DNA of 64,000 nt from an uncultured Lachnospiraceae bacterium (GCA_910584685.1 CAJUAO010000011.1:22300-86299), one strand, 5' to 3'. Positions 19,303 through 27,790 are shown, counted from the stretch's first letter. Notes: generated from the sequence alone by a model not told the origin. A program made the numbers and translations.

Positions 19303-19347
19303 ATAAAAAAGTGTCAAGAGTTTTAACTCTTTATAAAGCCGACACTT
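19303..19347 (-). terminator. Rho-independent terminator after the major tail gene
   Basis: AAGTGTC (19347-19341 on the minus strand) pairs with GACACTT, with an inner AGAGTT/AACTCT stem, followed by UUUUUU. Confidence 0.6.
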
Positions 19348-19408
19348 GTAAATTTGTTTTTTGAATTTTTGGCTGCCATGTTTAAAGCCGCCGAATGTTA
19401 CAGTAAAA

Positions 19409-20140
19409 TTATTCCTCAATAAGAACTAAATCAAGGATATTGTCGTCGCTGTCAGCCATAAGGTCGCAGGTTATTGTTACAGAGCCCGGGTCACCATTGT
19501 TTGAAAAGCTGAGTGAGAGATTACTCTGAGGCGCTGCCTTATATGCAGTAAGCTTATATGGAAGGACCTCGTCATCCTCTGTCTTCATAACAGTGTCGCC
19601 GTAAACGATAAAGTTCTTAGGGAAACTTGTAGACTTAATATTGATTCTCTGAGCCTTATCAGCAACCTCCTGCATGTAGTAAACGATTACCTTATCGCCG
19701 CCTGTAAGAGCAGAAGTAAGGGTAATAGTCTTGTCAGCAACAGTGCATGGAAGCTCTGTTCCGCAGTCGTCATCTGCCTTATAGACAACAACAGAGCCTG
19801 AAACTGGAACATCGTCTATAGCAATAACAGTGCCGTCATCATTTACAGACTTTTCAACCCTTGTCACAAACCTTGCAGACTTAGAAACCTCACCGCCTGT
19901 AATAAGCTGCCATAATTTCACGGTCTGAATCTGTGTTTCAATAGTAAGCGTACCAGCTCTTTCGCCGCTAAACTGAATTTTCTTAGGATGTCCCTGACCG
20001 CCGTAAGCAAATACAGACTCACCTATTAATTCAGTTGTAGTTACGTTAGCAAAGTCTAAGTTTAAAAAAGGTTTCTTTGTAGAATAATCTACGAAAATAA
20101 GGTCACAGACCTCTCTGTTAGCCATGTTTGGATTTGACAT
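19409..20140 (-). CDS. Putative major tail (tube) protein
   Basis: ATG at 20140 is preceded by AAGGAGGAA. 243 aa, beta-rich. It is followed by strong terminators, which is typical of a highly expressed structural gene. No motif-level proof. Confidence 0.5.
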   Translation of the reverse strand: MSNPNMANREVCDLIFVDYSTKKPFLNLDFANVTTTELIGESVFAYGGQGHPKKIQFSGERAGTLTIETQIQTVKLWQLITGGEVSKSARFVTRVEKSVNDDGTVIAIDDVPVSGSVVVYKADDDCGTELPCTVADKTITLTSALTGGDKVIVYYMQEVADKAQRINIKSTSFPKNFIVYGDTVMKTEDDEVLPYKLTAYKAAPQSNLSLSFSNNGDPGSVTITCDLMADSDDNILDLVLIEE

Positions 20141-20207
20141 AAATAATTCCTCCTTAAAATTGTTTTTTGATTGTATAATAAAGCGGATGTCATGGTTTGA
20201 CAGCCTC

Positions 20208-21002
20208 TTAATTACCGTTATCTGTTCTTTTAAACCATGAGGCCGCGTCAAACTGGTTGTCCTTGTTTCCCCATGCGGCGACGCTCATGGACTGGATATT
20301 GTATATATTGTTGCTTGAAAGCCTTTGAAAGCAGTCCCAAACCTGATATACCGTTAAATCCCATATATTTAAAATGTTAAGGGACTGGCTTTTGTTTGCA
20401 ACGGCAGAAATAATATTTCCAAGCTCCATATTTTTATCTGCCTTAGTATGTTTAGCTTTTTCGTCTCTTCCTTTTTGAAGCTTTTTCATTATTTCAACAG
20501 CTTTCCGGTTTTTTGCCTTTGATAAATCGTCCTGCTGACTGGATTTAATAAAATTTCGCTGACATATTATGTCACAGACCTGTGGGTATGTTTCCCTGGA
20601 AATGCTGCCTACAGCTGAGGCTTCCTCTGATATTTCTCCATTATGGGGTACAGGCGTGTTTTTTTTAACAAGGAAACATTTATGCTCAACAGAGTAAGCA
20701 ACCTCCTCCTTAATAAAAAAGTTTAGTACAGCCTGTAACAATTTTATTGAATCACTGTTTAAGGTAAGCAAATCATATATGCTTATTTGAGCCTTTTCAG
20801 TTTCTGTCAGCAATTCGGCCTGTTCAGGCTTTCCAATCATAGTAAAATATGTTTTTAAGTCCATCAGCAGGACGGACAGATAATATTGATATATATTTAT
20901 ACCAATAGAAGCTATATCCTTTAATTTAGGCGATATAACGCCAATGGCCTTTTGTATATATACAGGCTCAGGCGACAACAGTTCAAAGTAGCTAATCTTC
21001 AA
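20208..21002 (-). CDS. Hypothetical phage structural/assembly protein
   Basis: ORF frame 20208-21065. The likely start is TTG at 21002, overlapping the upstream stop (TTGA) and preceded by AGGTGG. The start is uncertain. Confidence 0.5.
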   Translation of the reverse strand: MKISYFELLSPEPVYIQKAIGVISPKLKDIASIGINIYQYYLSVLLMDLKTYFTMIGKPEQAELLTETEKAQISIYDLLTLNSDSIKLLQAVLNFFIKEEVAYSVEHKCFLVKKNTPVPHNGEISEEASAVGSISRETYPQVCDIICQRNFIKSSQQDDLSKAKNRKAVEIMKKLQKGRDEKAKHTKADKNMELGNIISAVANKSQSLNILNIWDLTVYQVWDCFQRLSSNNIYNIQSMSVAAWGNKDNQFDAASWFKRTDNGN

Positions 21003-21532
21003 AGAACCACCTGCCTTCCGTGATTTTTGCGTCTTAGGAATGTCTGATATGTGTAGGAAAGACACTTTCCGTAGAAGCTTTTGTCGGGAATATACGGTTT
21101 AACAGGATTCTCCTTTGCCAAAAGCATATTGCCAATAGAATATTTTTCCTTTATCATATCAAGAGCGCTTTGATTAAGAACAGTTGAATTAATTACCTGA
21201 ATGGCGCTGTCAACTCTGTTTCCGAATACGCCGATAGAATTAAAGTAATTTTTATCCTCATCAGAAAGACTTAAGGCATCCTTGCGGCATACTGCCATAA
21301 TATCAACTCCGACCTCTTTAATATGCTGGTTTTCTACCTTTGTTAAATATGTTTCAATAAAAACGGCAAAGTCCTTATCAGACAATGCTCCATCTATATA
21401 TGGAGTGTCGAAGCAATGCTCCATATCAGGCATAATCAACCGGACAATATCAGCCGTATCTAAAAAGAGAGCTTTTAGGCTGTCCTTTATTCTGCTCATA
21501 TCGGAGAGCGAATCATAATATTTTTCTGACAT
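20999..21532 (-). CDS. Hypothetical phage protein (177 aa; possible tail completion/terminator by position)
   Basis: AGGAGGAA RBS. It lies between the HU-like gene and the tail genes. No motif recognised. Confidence 0.5.
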   Translation of the reverse strand: MSEKYYDSLSDMSRIKDSLKALFLDTADIVRLIMPDMEHCFDTPYIDGALSDKDFAVFIETYLTKVENQHIKEVGVDIMAVCRKDALSLSDEDKNYFNSIGVFGNRVDSAIQVINSTVLNQSALDMIKEKYSIGNMLLAKENPVKPYIPDKSFYGKCLSYTYQTFLRRKNHGRQVVL

Positions 21533-21568
21533 AATTCCTCCTATGTTAAATTAATGGTAAAAAACATA

Positions 21569-21907
21569 CTAACTATTAAAATATCCGTTAAGCCTTCTGT
21601 TATAGTACCTTGTAATTTTTGGCCTTGCCCATATTTTAGGGGAGGTTTCAAATAATTCTCCTGTTTCGGGATGTATCATTTTCTTTTCACCCTTATATGA
21701 ACAGTCAATGCTGATTCCGTTAAAAAGCTTTAAGGAAACCTTATCAACGGAGGAAGCTAAAGAAAGCAGCTCAAAGATATAATTTTCCAGCGTCAGGTAC
21801 ACAGATTGGGCTACGGGAAGGGGAATGCCTTCACGTATGGCGATTTCTTTTATTATTTGTTCCTTATTTATTACCGTATAAAACACCTCCTGCATGTATG
21901 CTTCCAT
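21569..21907 (-). CDS. HU/IHF-like DNA-binding protein (YonN-like position)
   Basis: ~110 aa. INKEQIIKEIAIREG resembles the HU N-terminal helix, and HPETGELFETSPKIWARPKI resembles the HU beta-arm (NP.TGE..I.A......F). It sits directly downstream of the YonO-like gene. Confidence 0.6.
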   Translation of the reverse strand: MEAYMQEVFYTVINKEQIIKEIAIREGIPLPVAQSVYLTLENYIFELLSLASSVDKVSLKLFNGISIDCSYKGEKKMIHPETGELFETSPKIWARPKITRYYNRRLNGYFNS

Positions 21908-22008
21908 AGTAGCCTGAAAAGCTTTCGACCGTTTCAGACGGACTTTTCGGCTGGTTTTTGAAATTTATAGTCCCCATTGAGCGGACTAAATTTTTTGTAA
22001 GGCTAATT

Positions 22009-24780
22009 CTAGTTTTTATGTGACCTCCAATATTCCCGCTTAATGCGTTTATTTTCCTCATGCTGGCACAGGCTGCATCTGCACGCTTTAGAGTTTAGAG
22101 CGTCAACCTCAAGCCATTCCCCACAGTCAATACATTTAATTACCTTAGTTTTCTTAGGAGTATAGTTTTGTTTTAAATTTTCAACAATATACTTACCATA
22201 GCAAAACCATAGCAATTCCTTAGCCCTTCTGTTTTTCTGCCCATAAAGATGCTTAACCAGCATATCGGTTGTTTCTGTATCAGAATATCCAAAGACAGAC
22301 AGCTCGTCTCTTATCCGACAGGCAAGAAAGTGCAAATTATTATGAAATTCATCCTTCATTGAAATTTTAAAATGATATGTATTATTAAGCTCTTTATATC
22401 TTTCAATGAGTCTTTCATCTGTTTTTATATTTGCATTGCGCATAAGATATCTATAGTCTATAGGCTTTAAGCCTGATTTTCTTGTGTTAAGCCGGGGGTT
22501 AGGAATTAAGGAGTCCAGCTTGTTGACAATGCTGTCATTTATTTTTTCAACCTGCGTCTCCTCCTTATCCTTGGCATATACAAAGAAATGAGGAACCTTT
22601 TTTCCCGTAAATTCTTTTATTGCTTTGTCAATATTGTCCGGTCTTTCAGGCTTGTACAGAGTTTTTGCAAAATCAATGCAGAAGTTGTTTTCCATACATA
22701 AAAGCTTTACAATATCGCATGCCTTACTTTTATCATCATGGGAGCCTGTAATAAAAATATCGGAATTCCATATTTTTGTAATGTTATTGCTATATGTTCC
22801 TATATTACTTCCCGTAAAGGCTGCATTTAAGCCCTTATATATGTTTGCATTATTTAACATGGCAGGCTCTGATTTCTTCATATTATAATACAGGGGAACA
22901 ACCTCCTTCATTTCTCTTTTGCCAATATCCACTATTATTTTGCTGCCGATAACAAGAGAACGGTCGCCGTCAACGTCAAACTGAAGTATTTTGCTGATTA
23001 GGTCGTGGCAGCTTGTATAAAGCGCCTGCGTATTAAACCATTCTGAAATCATTTTCTTTCTCTCATCAGATGATATGTTTGCCGCGTTTTCCCTTATGGC
23101 ATGCTCCTTGTATAAATGGGGAGAGCGAAGGCAGTCAAGCTCCTTACGATGCTTGTACAGGCTGCACCAAACCTCAGATTTACTTAACAGACCTTCAGGG
23201 CTTTTAATTCCTAAAAACCAGTACTCACAGGCGGCGTAGAAATCAGGCAGTATAAAGGTGTATTTTCCCTCTGTTTCAAGCTTTGCGGATTTATACTGCT
23301 TTACAAGACTATCCTTTATGCTTTTAAGTATATCCTTAAAGTAAGGGTCATTCATAATATCAGGATATATTTTTACAGCCTCCTGAAGGGGAGTCATATT
23401 TGTATTGTATGGCGTAACGCCAAATACCTTCTGCATTCCGGAAACAGAGGAACAGAGGCTGTTCAGTCTGTCTATGGAGGGCGCTGCAATTTTTGCTAAT
23501 TCCAAATCAGTCATTCCGGTTAAGGTCTGCAATTCCTGATAGTTAAGTCTTGAATTAGGTATCCTTTCCTCCTCCACATTACAAATACCTGCCTTACAGC
23601 CATAGGATTTAAAATATTCCTTGTATTCCTCCCATGAAGAATAATATTTATACATCTTAAACTGACTTTTAGTGAAAATAATATAAATATTTTCCTTGAT
23701 AATATCATGCTCCCTGCCATAAATATCCTTAAGTGTGCCAATAGTATTGTCATGATATTTTTCACGCCATTTAAGAATAAGCTTTCTAAAATCGAATACT
23801 CCTAACAGTCCCTTGAGCCATGGAGCGCGAAACATCCTGTTTCTTCCGAATAAGACCATACCTGCTCCGTCAGTGTGGGTAATGGGAATCTCGCCCTTAG
23901 TTCTGACGATTGAATAGTCGGTATCGTCTATAAAATCATATTCGCCAAATACATTTGTCTCAAAATCATCAATGACAATAGTTCTGTCTATGTCAAAATC
24001 AGACCATTCGTCAGTGGCAGAATTGGCAAGGGCCATATATGCAAGATGCTTGTTTACGTTGTTGCCTCCTTTTTCATTGATTTTGTCAATGGTAAGACCA
24101 CACATAATAGTTTTTTCGTATCTGTCCCACAGCGTTTCCCTGATAAAGACGGCTTTTTTTTCACGAATCTGACCTGCCGACGAGGTATAATACCTGTATT
24201 TTTCACCCTTGTATGTAAAGCCGTAAAAGACAAGGTCCTTAAAAATATCAAAGTAATATACCTGTACAACAATAATATCCTCTGTAAAATCATTCATTTT
24301 TAGTCCAATCATTCTGGTTAATGAGGATTCGAAAAGTGAGATTACGTTTTTTTCTGATATAGTATTTTCATTTAGTTTTCTTGGCGGATAAATACAATCA
24401 TTATCCTTATTAATACGGCAAGCTTCTTTAGCCTTAATCTTATTAGACAACAGAAGCGCCAGTTTGTTTTTTAAGGCGTCTGCCGCCTTAGTCTTTAATT
24501 TTTTTATTCGTGAAAGCTCAATGTAAAAGCATAATTTGGAATAGCTGCCGTCAATTATTTTTATGGAAAGCATATCAGGGTTTTCATGGGCTGCCTTTTG
24601 CAAATCCTTACAGGAATATCCTGCTTTTGTAAGCTGTGCAGTCAGGACTTTGATTTTTTCTGCCACATTTTTAAGCTCACTCCTGATTTTTGCGTTCTTA
24701 TTATGTAATGCTCTTTCCTTATTTGTATAAAAATTTCCTGTATCAACAGAATAAATATTAATCTGATTTTCCAACGCCAT
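22009..24780 (-). CDS. YonO-like single-subunit two-barrel RNA polymerase with C-terminal zinc ribbon
   Basis: 923 aa with AGGAGGAA RBS. RSPHLY (aa 552-557, nt 23110-23127) and QFDVDGD (aa 602-606, nt 22963-22977) match the R.P.LH...DxDGD catalytic barrel of beta-prime/RdRP/YonO. TDGAG and RAPWLKG lie at aa 303-323. C-terminal CIDC...CRCSLC. Confidence 0.7.
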   Translation of the reverse strand: MALENQINIYSVDTGNFYTNKERALHNKNAKIRSELKNVAEKIKVLTAQLTKAGYSCKDLQKAAHENPDMLSIKIIDGSYSKLCFYIELSRIKKLKTKAADALKNKLALLLSNKIKAKEACRINKDNDCIYPPRKLNENTISEKNVISLFESSLTRMIGLKMNDFTEDIIVVQVYYFDIFKDLVFYGFTYKGEKYRYYTSSAGQIREKKAVFIRETLWDRYEKTIMCGLTIDKINEKGGNNVNKHLAYMALANSATDEWSDFDIDRTIVIDDFETNVFGEYDFIDDTDYSIVRTKGEIPITHTDGAGMVLFGRNRMFRAPWLKGLLGVFDFRKLILKWREKYHDNTIGTLKDIYGREHDIIKENIYIIFTKSQFKMYKYYSSWEEYKEYFKSYGCKAGICNVEEERIPNSRLNYQELQTLTGMTDLELAKIAAPSIDRLNSLCSSVSGMQKVFGVTPYNTNMTPLQEAVKIYPDIMNDPYFKDILKSIKDSLVKQYKSAKLETEGKYTFILPDFYAACEYWFLGIKSPEGLLSKSEVWCSLYKHRKELDCLRSPHLYKEHAIRENAANISSDERKKMISEWFNTQALYTSCHDLISKILQFDVDGDRSLVIGSKIIVDIGKREMKEVVPLYYNMKKSEPAMLNNANIYKGLNAAFTGSNIGTYSNNITKIWNSDIFITGSHDDKSKACDIVKLLCMENNFCIDFAKTLYKPERPDNIDKAIKEFTGKKVPHFFVYAKDKEETQVEKINDSIVNKLDSLIPNPRLNTRKSGLKPIDYRYLMRNANIKTDERLIERYKELNNTYHFKISMKDEFHNNLHFLACRIRDELSVFGYSDTETTDMLVKHLYGQKNRRAKELLWFCYGKYIVENLKQNYTPKKTKVIKCIDCGEWLEVDALNSKACRCSLCQHEENKRIKREYWRSHKN

Positions 24781-24795
24781 GATTGTTCCTCCTTT

Positions 24796-25368
24796 TTAAG
24801 CTTTAAGCCATACCTCCCAATATCCGTCGCAATATCTTGTTTTTAAGGTATCATAATGAAATTTCAAAAGCTCCGTAATCTGATAAATATAATAGCAGTA
24901 ATCTGTCTGTCCGCTGCGAATGTTATTTAAAACGTCATTAATATATGAGCAATAGGACTGCCAGTTTGTCTGTCCGTGAAATTCACCCATTGTTTCATTA
25001 TTCCACATACCTGACTCTCTTGAAAATTTACCGCCAAGCTTTTTAACCTCCTTTCTGTACGGAGTGACAAACATTTTTCTAAGAAGAAACTCTTGCTGCC
25101 ATTTTTCGTCGGTAAGGGAAGTAGAAGGTCTTCCGTCAGTATTTGAGATTAATCTCATTTCCCTTAATTCCTCCAAGGTAATATTCCTATATTTTTCTTT
25201 CATTTTTTTCTCCCTTTCTAATGTATTTTGCAGATTAACTGCATCTGCCTGATTATTTATTCTCTTTTTGTTTGGTGAATTAGTACTGAAATCATCTAAA
25301 TCAATCTCGCCTCCAAAAGAAGAATGTGACCTGTTATATGCTCCTGTTTTGTAAAATAATGTTGTCAT
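24796..25368 (-). CDS. Hypothetical protein (190 aa), first gene of the minus-strand operon
   Basis: AAAGGAGAAAAA RBS. No motif recognised. Confidence 0.55.
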   Translation of the reverse strand: MTTLFYKTGAYNRSHSSFGGEIDLDDFSTNSPNKKRINNQADAVNLQNTLEREKKMKEKYRNITLEELREMRLISNTDGRPSTSLTDEKWQQEFLLRKMFVTPYRKEVKKLGGKFSRESGMWNNETMGEFHGQTNWQSYCSYINDVLNNIRSGQTDYCYYIYQITELLKFHYDTLKTRYCDGYWEVWLKA

Positions 25369-25570
25369 TGTATTTTTCTCCTTTATATTTTTAATTCTGA
25401 TAGCTGCAATATATATTTCTACATTAGAAATTAAAAACCCATCGTTTAATCACAAAAAATATTATAGAAGTTTTTTTGTTTTTAAGGGTAATACTAAGTC
25501 CGTCTTATTGGACATAAAAGGTGATACCATTATTTGGTAAAAATACCTGTTTTATATTACAAAAGAAAAA

Positions 25571-25584
25571 CGAACTGTTGTTCG
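25571..25584. promoter_or_regulatory. LexA (Cheo/SOS) box 1
   Basis: CGAACTGTTGTTCG is a perfect match to the Firmicutes consensus CGAAC-N4-GTTCG. Confidence 0.8.
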
Positions 25585-25593
25585 GAAAAATGG

Positions 25594-25622
25594 TTGACAA
25601 GAACGCATGTTCGTGATATATT
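25594..25622 (+). promoter_or_regulatory. SigmaA-type promoter of the sigma-factor/DUF262 operon
   Basis: -35 TTGACA (25594-25599), 17-nt spacer, TG-extended -10 TGaTATATT (25614-25622). Confidence 0.75.
25600..25613. promoter_or_regulatory. LexA (Cheo/SOS) box 2, inside the promoter spacer
   Basis: AGAACGCATGTTCG matches GAAC-N4-GTTC, with 13 of 14 positions agreeing with the full consensus. It occupies the -35/-10 spacer. Confidence 0.75.
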
Positions 25623-25664
25623 AAAAAAACACAAAAGAAAAAAATATAAGGAAGGTACTTTAAA

Positions 25665-26222
25665 TTGGAAGAAATATTGGAACTTTATTATGCAGACAAT
25701 GCCCGGAAACTGCACAATATGGTAGACACTGTTTTACGGAGGCTTGGATTTTATTGCATAGGAAATATTGAAGATTTCTATTCCCTTGCAAATGAGGTTT
25801 TTGCTGACGTAATAGTAAAATATGACGAGGGACGGGACTTTGACGCTTTTTTACACACATGTCTTTCAAACAGGTTTAAGACGGAAATGACTGCAAGAAA
25901 CAGGCAGAAAAGACTGGCTGACAAAATGGCGGTGTCAATTTATACGTCTGTTAATGATGACGATAATTCTACATTAGGTGATATTATTCCAGACAGCTTT
26001 AGTATTGAAAAGGAAATTTTTGAAAAGAGGGAGGAGGTATTAAACGAAAGAATACTGCTATATTTAAACAGACTTTCAAATCTTCAAAGAGAGGTGCTAA
26101 GACTTAATGCGTCGGGATATTTGCCTAATGAGATTAAGGAGAAGCTGCATATAACCGAAAAGCAGTATTCAGACTGCAATGCGGCAATTCACTCATATAA
26201 GAATGTATCGGTATTATTTTAA
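25665..26222 (+). CDS. Small sigma-70 family factor (TcdR/UviA/Xpf-like)
   Basis: 185 aa with TTG start after AAGGAAGG. Region-2-like FDAFLHTCLSNRFKTEMTARNRQKR. Region-4 HTH LQREVLRLNASGYLPNEIKEKLHITEKQYSDCNAAI. Confidence 0.7.
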   Translation: MEEILELYYADNARKLHNMVDTVLRRLGFYCIGNIEDFYSLANEVFADVIVKYDEGRDFDAFLHTCLSNRFKTEMTARNRQKRLADKMAVSIYTSVNDDDNSTLGDIIPDSFSIEKEIFEKREEVLNERILLYLNRLSNLQREVLRLNASGYLPNEIKEKLHITEKQYSDCNAAIHSYKNVSVLF

Positions 26223-26247
26223 CAAAAGAAGAAAGAGGTGTTTAAGG

Positions 26248-27630
26248 ATGGCAAGACCACGAAAACAAACCTATACTATGGAAATGTACTTAGACAAGAT
26301 AAGAGACGGCGATATATGCAATGATGCAGACGTTCAAAGAAATTTTGTGTGGAATAACGAGCAGATTAATGAATTAATAGTTACAGTGCTTACAGACGAT
26401 TATATTCCGCCTATTATTCTTGGGGAAGAAAATAATTCACAGCTTCATATTGCAGACGGAGGCTGTCGAAGCGCAGCATTAAGCAGATTCAGATACGGAA
26501 ATTATAAAATTACGTCAGCTATTGAGGATTCGATTATTACCTATAAGAAAAAGGTTAAGACTGACAACAGTAAAATTATATGGGAGGACGCCGTATTTGA
26601 TATTAAAAATAAAACATATGAAAAGCTGCCGGACGAGCTGAAAAAGAAGTTTGACGAATATCAGATAGAGACTGTTATCCATGAAAACTGCGACAGATAC
26701 AAAATATCAAAATATATTAAAAGGTATAACAATCATGTTTCAATGAACACAAACCAGAAGGCGTTTACATATCTGTATAATTTTGCCGGATATGTACGGC
26801 AGATTTTAGACAGCAGGTTTTTTCTTGACTACAGCAGCTATACGGAGACAGAAAAAACAAAGGGTATGGCTGAGAGAATAATCGTTGAAACCATTATGTG
26901 TACAAATTATCTGGATAATTGGAAAAAACAGACGAAGGAAATTTGCAAGTTTTTGAATAAGAATGGAACAAACGCAGAGTTTGAAAGGTTTGCTGATAAT
27001 ATCCACAGGCTGGAAAATATAATTACTGATGAGACTAAGGACATATTTAACAGCAAGGATTCCTTTATTTTTCTGACTTTGTTTGACAGATTTACTGAAT
27101 TAAAGGTTGATGATGCAAGATTTGCAGATTTCCTTAAGGAATTTAAGAATAATCTGCGACTGGTTAAAGCTAATGATAAGGGGCTGTTGTTTGACCAGAT
27201 TGATAAGGACAAAGGAACTAAGGATAAGGCGGTTATTATTGCAAAATTAGATATGCTTGAAGGCTTAATGCTGGAATTTTTACATTATAAGGATAAACCG
27301 GATAATCATGCTTCCGGCAATGACAGCGTAGAATTATTTATATTGGAAAATGTAAAGATAGATAAAAAAACACTGCAAAAGGATATGGATTTGTATCTGG
27401 ATACATTAGAGGGCAGCTATGGGCTAAAGGAAAAATGTATAAGAGTCGGCTCAAGGCTCCTTGATGAGAGAAACAGACCTTCCCTTCTTGCAATGGTTGC
27501 CTATTCATATAAGACAGGTCAGGATTTGGATGACTGGCTGACTGAATATGCAAAAAATCACAAAACATATATTGCAGACCAAAAAAAGAATTACTTACAT
27601 ATGTTAAATGATTTTAAAAGATATCAATAA
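26248..27630 (+). CDS. DUF262 (ParB/GmrSD N-terminal-like) domain protein without recognisable nuclease domain
   Basis: ATG at 26248 after GAAAGAGG. DVQRNFVWNNEQINELIVTVL...IPPIIL...IADGGCRSAAL matches the DUF262 QR..vW...LI.S....P.i...DGqQR pattern. No DUF1524/HNH His-motif is seen in the C-terminal 300 aa. Confidence 0.7.
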   Translation: MARPRKQTYTMEMYLDKIRDGDICNDADVQRNFVWNNEQINELIVTVLTDDYIPPIILGEENNSQLHIADGGCRSAALSRFRYGNYKITSAIEDSIITYKKKVKTDNSKIIWEDAVFDIKNKTYEKLPDELKKKFDEYQIETVIHENCDRYKISKYIKRYNNHVSMNTNQKAFTYLYNFAGYVRQILDSRFFLDYSSYTETEKTKGMAERIIVETIMCTNYLDNWKKQTKEICKFLNKNGTNAEFERFADNIHRLENIITDETKDIFNSKDSFIFLTLFDRFTELKVDDARFADFLKEFKNNLRLVKANDKGLLFDQIDKDKGTKDKAVIIAKLDMLEGLMLEFLHYKDKPDNHASGNDSVELFILENVKIDKKTLQKDMDLYLDTLEGSYGLKEKCIRVGSRLLDERNRPSLLAMVAYSYKTGQDLDDWLTEYAKNHKTYIADQKKNYLHMLNDFKRYQ

Positions 27631-27643
27631 GGTTAATCCTTTG

Positions 27644-27672
27644 TTGAAAACAAAGGGAAAATATGATATAAT
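27644..27672 (+). promoter_or_regulatory. Putative sigmaA promoter upstream of the sugar-binding protein gene
   Basis: -35 TTGAAA (27644-27649), 17-nt spacer, TG-extended -10 TATAAT (27667-27672). Confidence 0.5.
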
Positions 27673-27790
27673 CAGCACATTAGAGCAGAATATGATAAGT
27701 AAACATATTTATGTTAAAGTATGCACGATACTAAGAATAAGTATAGGTATTGTATTATTGTTAAAAAAAATAAACGGAGGAAAATATTTT

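Larger units (their letters stand above)
1..27640. mobile_element. Prophage-like element (one arm; continues left of the window): tail module, lysis cassette, YonO-like RNAP, SOS-controlled sigma factor
   Basis: Contiguous phage-type genes (tape measure, Dit, Tal/fibre, holin, amidase). The region looks more AT-rich by eye than the flanking DNA. Host-type genes begin at 27791. The right boundary is approximate and no att site could be identified. Confidence 0.8.

Noticed and set aside
21864-22061. 65-aa ORF bridging the RNAP and HU-like genes
   Set aside because: It overlaps both neighbouring CDS ends on the same strand in another frame. No RBS.
25534-25869. ORFs 25534-25725 (+) and 25660-25869 (-)
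   Set aside because: They overlap the LexA-box promoter and the sigma-factor CDS. They have no RBS and implausible composition.
27608-27790. Long N-terminal extension of the sugar-binding protein ORF
   Set aside because: The extension has no RBS and covers a promoter-like region. A canonical lipoprotein signal peptide with a GGAGGAA RBS starts at 27791.
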